Below are positions 1-12,000 of a stretch of DNA of 64,000 bases, in pieces; position 1 is the first letter of the stretch, and each line of letters begins with the position of its first letter. The stretch is from a virus, in IMG/VR virus record IMGVR_UViG_3300007609_000014, positions 4,792 to 68,791 of that record. One strand, 5' to 3'. The translations under genes and the position numbers were made by a program. The notes beneath the pieces are model-generated. The model worked only from the letters and a program-made list of their open reading frames with translations, was not told the origin of the DNA and made no database searches.

Positions 1-3000
1 GCACGAACAGCAACTGATACGACAAATTCTACTTCTGTATTTTCAAAATATAACGAATCGTTTACCTCATAACTTGCGCCGGTTGAACCGACGGGCACAG
101 ATTGACTGTCTACTACTGCTGTATCTATTAAAGTCAACGTGTTTGTTATAAGATTTATATCATAGGTCCTTACAGTGACTCCTATAGGCGTATCTTGGAA
201 ATTTGTTATCTCTTGTACTGATACAAGAATATTTTGGTCGATCCACATAGTATGTTTAGTACCTGATCCTGAGTTTGGATCGTCTACATCTACAAAATTA
301 CCAACCTGAACAGTACCCACAAAATCGGTACCATCTGAATTAAAGTCTACGTTTGATATATCTTCGGTTGGATCACTTCCTATCCTAAATGTATCGCCGA
401 TATCTGCCACAGTTTCCCAGGTACCGGGTCCTGGAGATTCATTAAATTCTACAAGTTTATATGTGTTAGGTCCAGGACTTGATGTTCCGGCACCTAGCAT
501 TAGTTCTATTGCAATATCTGCAATGTCTTCAAATAATGATCTTCCTGTAGAGCTAGGCTGTAGTGATACTTCTGAGCCGTTCACTGAATATTCAAGCAGA
601 TCCGGAGGGGTGCTAGGCAAGGCAGTGTACTCTTCTTGATCTACAAAATAAAACGGAGTTGAACTTTCTATGACAGCTTGTTCTGTCACAGGATCAAAAT
701 CAGTATCTTCGAATGTATCAAGCAGAGTATTTGTGACACCAGCATCGTCGGTTACTTCTAAATTTCCAGTTTGTTGATTTTGGGTTGCTAGATGCTCTAG
801 CACGTCATAGGCTAAATTGTTTATTTCTGCAGGTGTCATTGGACGAATTGCAAAGGCGCCTTCTACTAGATTATATTGATATATGTCTCGGCCTTCACTG
901 AAGTAAATTATTTTTCTTGAAAAGTCAATATCAAAGAATTTGTTCCTTGTAGTCTGAGTCACTTCGCTTGGAATATCTATTACTTCGTTGTTGTATTCTG
1001 CACTTGATAAATCAAATGGTATAGATAACACATATTGATAAAATTTCAAATCAGTTGAATCAGCCAAGTATAATCTGTTTCCTACCGCATTCATTAGCAT
1101 GGAAGTTGCGTTGATTCCGAGCGGAGTACCAAACTGATCAACTCGTAAATCACTGTAATTCAGTATTTTTGACAACACTGCTGTTTGGATTTGGTATGGT
1201 ACTGATAAAGTGTATGCATATACTTGCTGATCAAGTGTGTCATTATTCAGTATGAACATTAAACTGCCAGTGTCGTTAAACTGGATATCAAATGGAGCGG
1301 GATTGGTTGTAACTAATGACAAATCAAATGATGCTACGAATGTAGCTGTGCTAACATCATTTGCAGAGGATAGCGCATATTGGTGAACTTGGTTAGATGC
1401 AGTGCCGACTACAAACATCAGTGAGCCGGACGGATCAAATTCAAGACTGGTCGGCGCAGTTTCCTGACTGCTAACATCGAAGGTTTTGTCGGTTGCAATT
1501 GCAGTTGATATATCAAAAGCAGTTCCGAGCTCTAGTTGGACTATGCTGATCGAATTTTCGTCAATAATATTAACATGTTTTCCAGTACTATCTAGTCTAA
1601 ATCCAAAGGAAGTAGCAAACCCGTTGTAGAGTTCAACAGTGCTGTTATTATATGCTATTTTTGAGCTAGTGTCTTGTAGATCTGTTTGACAAATAGTGTT
1701 AGATGAAGCTGTTAGCGACCTAAGATAAAATAATTTACTCTGATTTGAGTTCACAACAATATCGTAAATAGTTTTATTATCTGACTCAGTATACATATTA
1801 ATTTTATACAAATTTGCTGTTTCTATCTCAAAAGGTTGATTTAAAGGAATTCCTGCAATTCCTCTATTGAAATGTACATATAACATTGTGCCAGATTCAT
1901 TGAAATCAATTGAATTTGGTTTAAGGATTAGGGGATCTAAATCTGGTAAAGTGATGGATGCGTCTGAATCCCCTCTATTTTGTACGTCATATGGTGACGG
2001 TAAATTATATTGAGAAACCCTTGCTTCAAATTCACCGGTGAAAAAATTGTAGTTGCCTATATATAATTTTGTACCGTCGTTGTTAAATTTGAAACTTGCC
2101 CAAGCCACAGGTGACGTGGTTGTAAATATAGTACTTGTATTCATATCTGTTGTTGATGAAATATCATAGGCAGAAGAAAGTGTAAGAGTATAAATGAATG
2201 CAGACCCAAATTCGATGCCTTCTAATACAAATAATTTAGTTCCGTCTGCAGAGAATTCCATATCGAACAGTCCTGAGGTAGAGGTATTCGAGCTAATTTT
2301 ATATGTTTCTCCGGTGTACCTTGCTGTGTCAATATCAAATGGTGTGACTAAATCGTAAGCATAAATGTCTTTTCCCGTAGTCTTTGTATCTGCTACGTAA
2401 AGTTTAGTACCATCCGGTTTTAATGTAAGTGTAAAAGCGCTGTTGTCGCCAGTAAATAAGTAAACAGGGTCAGTAAAGTCTAAACTCCAATCAGGAGATT
2501 TGTATTGATAAACTTCATTACCGTCAGCAACATAAAAATCATTGTTGAAAAAAGTAAGGCCTCTTGGTATATTTGTATTTTCAGTGCGCCCGTACGGTAT
2601 ACCGACCTCTACCATGGTTGTGATATCATATGCAGGATTAAGAGCAAATCTATGTATAAGCTCTGAAGTTGAGTCAAAATAGTAAAGCTCGGTTCCTGAT
2701 GCGTTAAACTGAATATCAGCAGGATTGGTAGTAATTCCTAACGCCCCAAGATCTACGTTAATACCGCTATAAATTGCACTTGATATATCGTATCCATTAG
2801 ATAACTCATACTGATATATTGTATCCGAGGAACCGTCTAAGATAAACATTTTTGTTCCGGTATTATTGAATAACACAGCTACCGGAAGTGTTCCTGGTGT
2901 AATATTAAAAATTACTCCAGTTTCTGATGCCGTGGATATATCATAGGCAGTTGTCAAAGTTAGTTCATAAAGTCTGTCATTAGTAATATATGAGCCTACT

Positions 3001-6000
3001 ATTAACTTTGTGCCGTCTGAGTTCCATGACATAAATTTAGGAGTGAAACTTAGGCTAAACTGCTTACTGGCTGTTAAGGCAGTTGTGATATCTGCCGGAG
3101 TACTAAGTGTATATTGATCTATGGTGTCATTAACATCATTAATTGCAATCATTTCGCTACCAGTGCTGTTAAATAAAACTTTGTCTGTGCTTATATCCGA
3201 CCATACATTAAAAACTGCTTCATCGTACGAAGGATATATCTGTGAGCTTATATCATACGTTTCAATTATATCATAGATATCATGTCCTCCGATCACAAAG
3301 TTTCCTGTGATTGTTACAGTGTTAGCATATGTTCTAATTATAGTACCCTCACCTGCATTTCTTTGAGGTCTTACTTGTTCTGTCCAAGTAGAACCACTTC
3401 TTGTGAACACATTTATTATATCATCATACCCGATTACTACGGTATCACCTGATATTGCAATTGAATCAATGCCTGAAAGCGGTGCACCATCCGCCTCCGG
3501 AAGTTCGGCTTGTGGAGTCCACGATTCACCTCCGTCATCTGTTACAAATACTGTAGCAACAGAAGAACCAACTACTATTGTATTTCCGCTTATTGCCGGG
3601 TGAGCAGTTGTTCCGGTTGGAGGTTGTAGCTGTTGTTGAAGCGTCCATGTAATACCGTTATCTGATGTAGTATATACGTTGCCCGAGTCGCTTACTATGA
3701 TGTTATTATCTATAGCAATATCACTCCCCCCACCTGCTTCTATTATTTGGCGTTCAGTCCAAGTAGTCCCTGATCTGGTGAATACATAAAACCTACCTGT
3801 ATTTGTGCTAACTACCAAAGTATCGCCAGATAACGCTACTCCCGAGCCAAATCCATTAGAATCAGGATCTGTCAAGTCACTTGGTATTAAACGAGTTTGA
3901 AAATTCCACGACGCACCTCCGTCTGAGGAAGTCTGAATTTGAACTGCTCCTTTGTAGGCATCTTGATTTCCGCTGTTATCCCACCCGGGCTCTCCTGCAA
4001 CTATTGTGTCGCCTGATATTGCTACCGAAGTTCCCGTGAAGGTCTCACGGGAAGTACCAATAAATTTGTCGGTGTAGGTCCAAGTAGAATTTATGTTTTG
4101 AAAAATATAGACTGCTCCGGACTGGATTGAAATAGCAAACTCTTCAGGAGCGCCGACCACTAATGTGTTACCGTCTGCTGCAAGTGCTTGGCCAAAAGTG
4201 TTCGCATTAGGATCGAAATCCAGGCCGTAAATGCTTTGTTTGACAATCAAGGAATACGGAGCTGGCAATGTATACTGATATGTGGTATGAGTGTTTTTGC
4301 CAAGAAGGTACATTTTAGTGCCATCGTTGTTGAAGTTTACATCTACTGCAACATCTTCATCAAATCCATACTCAAGAAAATTACCAGTAGTTCGAATATC
4401 ACCGGGCGTAGATAGATCGAAATAGTATATAGCACTTGCTCTAACACCGTGACGATCAGATCCAAGTACAAATAATCTGCTAGCGTCTGGGTTCAAAGCT
4501 ATTGATCTTAGATTAGTAAAATTGCTAAAATCTGCAAAGTAGTTATTGTCATTAACTGAACCTAATGAATAATTACTTGTGGCGAATTGATAAACTGTAT
4601 CAGTGTTACCTCCAACTATAAATAATCTAGTTCCGAATCGAGCGAATTTTGCATGTTTAGGATCGGAATCTTTGAGGCTAAAGTTATATGATAACCCATC
4701 ATAGGATGGGTTGGACAAATCATATGGTGTGCTTAAACTAAACTGAAACAGTACGTCATTGTTATACATGTATATCTTGGTGCCGTCGCCATTAAATTCG
4801 AACGCATCAATGCCCGAACCTCCATAGATTGTGGTACCAATTTTGCCATCCCAAACTACAAAGTCATAGGATGCGGTGGTTATATCGTAAGGAGTTGTTA
4901 AGCTATATTGATAGATGCCTGTAGGGTGTTGAAATGACGAAGCAAACATCTTAGTGCCGTCGTTAGAAAATCTAAGGCAGTTCGGGAGTTCGGCTTGTCC
5001 CTTTAAATCTGGAGACACAGAACCATCATAATAAATGCTAGAAAAATTTCTAGTGCTTTCAATTTCAGCTGGTAATATTTCCTTTAAAGTTATTACATTA
5101 ACAGTATCACCGGGATCTTTAAATAAAAGAGATTTTACACGATAGTTGCCATCTGTAGGATCTGGTTCAACTGGTACATAAGATCTTCCTTGTAACTGAG
5201 CACTTGATACTATAAAGGGCGACGATAAAGAATATCTGTATATTCTAGGAATATTGCTAAGTAATTGGTTATCCAAAACATATAGTTCTGTTCCAGTGGG
5301 GTTAAATTCAAAATAACTCGAATTCGAAATATCTGGGAGATCGTAGACTGTGTTATATGTTACATCGAGTAAATCTGGATAAGTATCATTTGCTGTGAAT
5401 ATATAGGTTGCGCCGGCGTCGGTACCGCCTTGATCGTCTCCGGTGGCACCAACTGCCACAGTATCACCACTTATTGCTACTCCTCCTCCAAAACTAGCGT
5501 CCGAACTGGCATCACTAGCGACGAGTTTTTGATCTTCAGACCACGTAGATCCCGTTCTAGTAAATACATAAGCAGCACCTGCATTGGCAATGCCGGGGTC
5601 TTCAAGAAATGCGCCGACGATAGCACGGTCACCTGATACAGCAACTGATTGGCCAAAACGATCGCTTCCTTGTCCATCACTAGCAACGAGTTTTTGTTGT
5701 TGGGTCCAAGTGGCACCTCCATCGGATGTAGTAAATATATAAACTGAGCCAGGGCCAGTGAAGTTAACTCCACCGCTGCCGTCGTACGGTGAACCGACTA
5801 TTACAGTATTTCCATCTATTGCTAAATTGCCGCCGAAGTAATCGCCTGACTCTGCATCACTAGCGACAAGTTTTTGTTGTTCAGTCCACGTGGATCCCGA
5901 TCTAGTAAATACATAAGCAGCACCTGCATCAGTGCCGCCTTGATCGTCTCCGTATGCGCTAATAATAGCTATATCCCCATCTATTGCCACTGGCAGCCCA

Positions 6001-9000
6001 AAGAAATCGTTTATTTGACCATCACTGGCGACAAGTTTTTGTTGTTCAGTCCACGTAGATCCCGATCTAGTAAATACATAAGCAGCACCTGCATCTGAGG
6101 CAACTTGGTCGTCTCCGTATGCACCAACTACCACAGTATCACCACTTATTGAAACCGATTGGCCAAAATATTTGTCTGGAGATGCATCACTAGCGACGAG
6201 TTTTTGTTGTTGGGTCCAAGTAGCACCTCCATCGGATGTAGTAAATACATAAGCAGCACCTGCAGAGGTGCCACCCGCATCCTCACCGGGGGCTCCGAAT
6301 ATCACAGTATCGCCACTTATTGCTACACTAAAACCACCGCGATCGTCTTGTTGACCATCACTGGCGACAAGTTTTTGTTGTTCAGTCCACGTGGATCCCG
6401 ATTTAGTAAATACATAGGCGGCACCTGCAGAGGTGGTCCCGTCGCCTCCACCTACTACCAAAATATCTCCATCTATTGCCACTGGCGTACCAACTCTATC
6501 GTTGGCGGCAACATCACTGGGTAGGAGTTTCTGTTGTTCTACCCAGGGTGTAAATCCGTATTCATATATTTTGCCTAGATTTGCACCTACAAAAAGTTTT
6601 GAACCAGTTGTGTTAAAGCAAATACTGTTTGCCGCTGTAGTCTGAGCTGTAACATTTAAAAGTTTATTGTTGTATGTTGCTGTGCTTAGATCAAATCCTG
6701 TGCTAAGATCAATTTGATATATTCTATCATTATTCGCTAGTAAAAACATTTTTTCACCAGTTGAATTAAAAATAATTCCTAGATTATCTGATTCAGGTGC
6801 ATCGTAACTAATACCACTGTAAATCGCTGTAGACAAATCGTAGGCTGTTGATAGGTTGTATTCATATACATCAGCTGAAGTTAATACAAACAGCTTAGTC
6901 CCGTCATTATTAAAAACAGTATCTATGAATTGACTCGTAGGTAACGTGACAGGCCGTGTTGTAAGAGTTCCGTTTATTTCTTCTATCTTTCCTACTTCCG
7001 GAATTAAATCATATTCATAAATATCCTCATCTTTTGATAAAACAAACAATTTAGTACCATCGCTATTCACTTCAAACTCTTGTATATCATAGTCGACTAT
7101 TATTCCGCCACCCGGTGCAGCGGTATTGATATTTGTTTCGAATGGTGTATCTAAATAAACTGGCGTAATAGAATTTTCCCTACTATTTAAAGTGTAAAGT
7201 TTTGAGCCTGAGCTTGTTACTGCAAACCCTCTAGGCGGGTATGTCGGAGAAGATAATATGCTATAATCATAATTTTCGAGTGATGAAAAATTCAGATAAT
7301 ATACCCGCATACTGTTACTTGCGGTAGCAAGTATCTTAGTAAAATTCCGATCAAACGAAAAATTATCTACATCTATGCCAGGTGCATAGGTTATATCGTC
7401 CGAATTTGCAGTAACACTGAAAGGCGCAATTGTGCTTGCCTGAAACCAAGTATTTGTAAAGTCTTCAAGCACATAAATCTTAGATCCTGAGCGATTAAAT
7501 TGAAAACTGTCAAAGTTTATATTCTCTCCGGTCATAGGATTGCCACTAACATTATTATAAACTGCTGTGCTTAAATTATTAGGAACCGATAAATCATATT
7601 CATAAAGCAAACGAGAAGGAGCGTCGCTCAGGAACCACAACTTATCACCAGTTTCTGAGAATCTAAATGCTGCGGGATCTGTGGACTGAGAACTTACGTC
7701 TAGGACTGCGGAGTGAATTTTAGCAGAGTTTATATCAAAGTTTGTTTCAAGAGGATATACTTGATAATTACCTTCCGATGAAACGATCAAGCTGTTGCCG
7801 GTTCCGCTAAGATTTACGCCAGAAATATCGGTTGTATTGTTAAAATTGACCTGTATTTCTTTGCTTGCGGATGCTGTTGATATATCGTAAGCAGTTCCTA
7901 GATCGTATTGGTATATTCTGTCGGTAGTATCTCCTGCAAAATATGCTTGAGTTCCTGCAGAATTCATTGTGAATGATCTAATATTGCTGTCGCTCGAACT
8001 TAAATCCGGCGACGATATTAAGTAGTCATTTAGTGTACTCAAGTCAAATCCGGTTCCTAAAGTAAACTGGTGAACTTTATCAGTTTCGTTGCCCGCTACA
8101 TAGAGTTTAGTTCCGCTATCTAAAAACTCCATACCAATCGGGCTATTATCCTTGCCACCTACAAATAGAGCACCGTTCAAGGCATATTGAAAGATGCTGT
8201 CAGTACCTAACCCAGAAATATACATTTTAGAAAAGTTGTTGTTAAACGCTAGTGAAGTAGGGGACGAATCTTCACTGTTCACGGAGGTACTTATAAAATC
8301 ATATTGTGCAGATGATAAATCAAATATGCTAGGCACAGTAAATTGGTGCACACTATTCGAAAGATTATCTAAAACATAAAGTCTGTCCCCTGCGGAATTT
8401 ATAACAAAATCAATTGGATTTAAAGTAACTCCTAAGTTATCCAAATCAACCGACTGAGAGGGGCTCGGTATTGCTGTTGCTGTGTCGAATGCAGTATCTA
8501 GAAGGTAATAATCAATGGCATTACGGGTAGTATCGCCTAAATACATTTTGGTTCCGTCTGATGTTAACTGAATCGAATCTGGTTTTACTATCAATAAATT
8601 ACTATTTCGACCTATAAAAAACACATCACTGTTAACTTTTGAAGGAAAAATATCATAAGGATCATCTAAATCATACTGTAACAAAACATTGTGTTGGTTT
8701 CCTAGTGCGAACATTCTAGTACCATTATCGCTAAAATCAACACTTACTGGACTACTATCTAGCCCAATACCAAAATTAGAGCTTTCAGTAGCAGTATTGA
8801 TTTCATGAGCAGTGCCTAAATTGTATTCTATAACTTCGCCGCTGAAGGAATCGCCGCTAGCGCCATCCGTACAAGTTACAAACATAATTGTACCAGTATC
8901 GTTAAATGTAAGGTCACTAGTAAAACTTGAGTTTATTGATCGTGACTTGTTTGAATAGGTCGTTGTAGATAAATCAAACCCAGATGAAAGATTATATTGA

Positions 9001-12000
9001 TAAACTGTATCAGCTGTGGATGAAAGAACCATAGCCCTTGTACCAGAATTTGTAAGCTTGATCCCTACAGGCGACGACATTTCGTTACCTACATAGAAAC
9101 CGCCTCGAAGGTCATAAGTTTCAATGGTTCCATTACTGCGTCCTAATATTAAAGTTGTGTTGTCGTCGCTTACATCGATGGTTTCTCCTCCTGTTTTAGA
9201 GATTCGAACACCGTCATACGAAGCCGATGTTATATTAGAGTTCGACAAACTGAATTGATAGACTCCGTATGTAAAACTGCTCTGATCGCTGTAAATATAT
9301 AAATAATCTGTGTTAGGAGTTACATAGATATCTCTTATTTCAACACTGCTATTACCAGGTATTGACGGAGTATAACTTTCTTCATAATTGTTTTGGTCTA
9401 ATTGATCGATTAGATATGGTGTAGATAGAGAATATTGATGTATTTGATCTTCTCTTGAAACATACAATTTCGAACCATTGTCGCCAAACTCAAAACCAAC
9501 TGAATCGTTTCCAATATCAAACGGAAATTGCACTCTGTCAACTAACCCTGCTGGAATTGCAGAATCATTTATGACAGTTGCGTCATTAGCAGCATTACTG
9601 ACCCAAGAAAACCCGTTATCGTTGTCGTGCCAAGTAAAACCGTAAGATTTCGATAGCCTCATATTTTCTGCGTAAAGAGCTGTGTAAGTAACAAAATTAC
9701 CTGTCAATGTGTTAAGATCAAAAGGAGTAGATAATTTGTATGAAAATACTTGTCCGGTTTCTGAATCAATTGCGTATAGCTCAGTTCCTGAAGGATTAAA
9801 GTCAAATCCAAAAAAATCACCTGCATTTGAAGGACCAATTAGTCCATTATCGCGCAGTGTTATAACAGGTAAATATTCTGCTCCAGCTACATTAAATGAA
9901 CTAACTCCATCATATTCTGCTGGTCCTTGGCTTGAATTAAAGGTAAAAAATCTGTCACCATTAGGGTGCCAATGAAACCCCCAAACCCGGTTAGTAATAC
10001 GGCTTTTGATACTGCTGTTGTTTAAACTTGCAGTTGTGAGGTTATAAGGAGTACTAAGATTATAAGTTATAAAGTCGTTCTCTCTTACAATGGTAAGTTT
10101 TGAACCATTAGGACTTATATCTATGGCTGAAATGTCTATAGAAGTCGGACTAAATTGTGATTGGACGGCTCCGGCAGTTGTAGCATCGTAGGCTGTGCTA
10201 AGATTATATTGAACAATTCTATTTAAATTATTATCACTTATAAATAATTTTGTTCCTGAATCCCCAAAACACATGCCGCCCGGATCTTGATATCCATGAT
10301 AAAATGCATTTCCTGTATAAGATATGGTAGTTGCATCGTATGCAGTGCTAACACTGTATTCGTAAATACGCAACAATCGTTCTTCCAAAGCATATAATTT
10401 TGTTCCGTTATTATTCCACACAGCAGATCTAAAGTCAAAAAACAGTGTGCTGTTCCATTGTAGGTCTCCCTCACCGTCATACGTTCCGGTTGACAGATCG
10501 TATGCAGCTCCCAAAGAAAATTGTTTTATTTTCATTCCCTGTAACACATATATCTTAGTACCGTTGTTGTTGAAAGTTATGTCACTTTTGTAATAAGTGC
10601 CTGACAAGTTGGTTAATCCATCGGGTAAAGTTTTAGTCTTCAGTGTGTTTATGTCAAACCCAGAACTTAACGACATTTCAAGGACTCTGCTATCCGCGCT
10701 GGCATTATTTAAGGTAAAAAGTTTTGTTCCATTTGTGTTAAACTGGAAACCAGTAGTAGTGAAGGTAGGCAGAGACACTTCTTTAGAATGATTGGTACTA
10801 TTTACACCGGTTATATCATATGCGGGCGACAAATTATGTTCTCTTATTTCGTCGCGACCGCTAGAATTAATAACAGTAAACAGCTTAGTGCCATCTGAAT
10901 TGAATGCAAAATCTGTTGTGGATGGATCTAAGCTTCCAGATTGAGATATTTTTGTAGGATTGGAATCAAACGCTACCTGCCTATATGGTGTATCTGTGCT
11001 AAAAGTATATATACGCATTGCAACGCCATTGGCTAAAAGATTAAATTTGTTTCCGTTATCTCGCCATCTAATCGCTCTTGTTTGCAAATAATCGAGATTT
11101 TGATACTCTGTGCCAGCGGAGCTGGCACTACCTGATGCAACCCTGTTATCTGGTTTCAGGTGGTTCAAAGACGCAGTAGATATATCAAATGCAGTTCCTA
11201 AATCAAAATCTAAGATTTGCTCAAATCTGTCATCAAGTACATACAGTTTTGTTCCGTTTTGATTAAACAATAAATCATGCGGTATCAGTGCTCCAGGAGC
11301 ACTGAGTACTAAACTATTGTGCGCCGATTCTACATCCAAAGATTTGTTATCGTAAGTAGCAGTTGAGATGTCGTATGGAGTGCTTAAACTATATTGATAT
11401 ATAGTAGAATCGTCAGGGTCTTCATTTACTACGTAAAGTTTGTTGCCATTATTGCCAAAAACAACTGCGCTTATTTTAGTATCAAGAGTGCTAGGCATTT
11501 GCGAAGCTACGGAAAATGTTCTTGACGAGTCCAACTCTGCGTCAGCAAGCCCTACAACTGGTACTTTTTCAAATGTAGCGGTGCTAATATTAAATGCAGT
11601 GCTTAAAGTGTATTGATAAATCCTGTTATTTGCAACCATGAACATTTTGGTTCCGTCGGGTTTAAAATCAAAACCTTGTGCTATTGCTTGATTCGAAAAA
11701 TCAAAAGATATGCCATCGTACGACAATGTCGAAGGATCATTCGCAGATGCAAGGCTATACTGATAAAGTTGTCCAGAACCAGAATCTAGGGCATAGAGTT
11801 TTGTTCCGTTATTTTCTATTCTAACAGCACCGGTATTAGATATTTCATCAAATATAAATGTGCTGGATACTGCTGTGGTTATATCATAAGGTGTTGTTAA
11901 TGTAAATTGATGGACAGCTCTATTAGTAAGAACATAAAATTTTGTACCGTTATCACTTATTGCAATAGATTCTGCAGAATCTAACAAATTATCAAATGTA

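Noticed and set aside
5400-6545. CRISPR-like array of repeats with variable spacers
   Set aside because: The roughly 165-bp period is in frame and encodes FG-GAP blades; the units are too long and no cas genes are present
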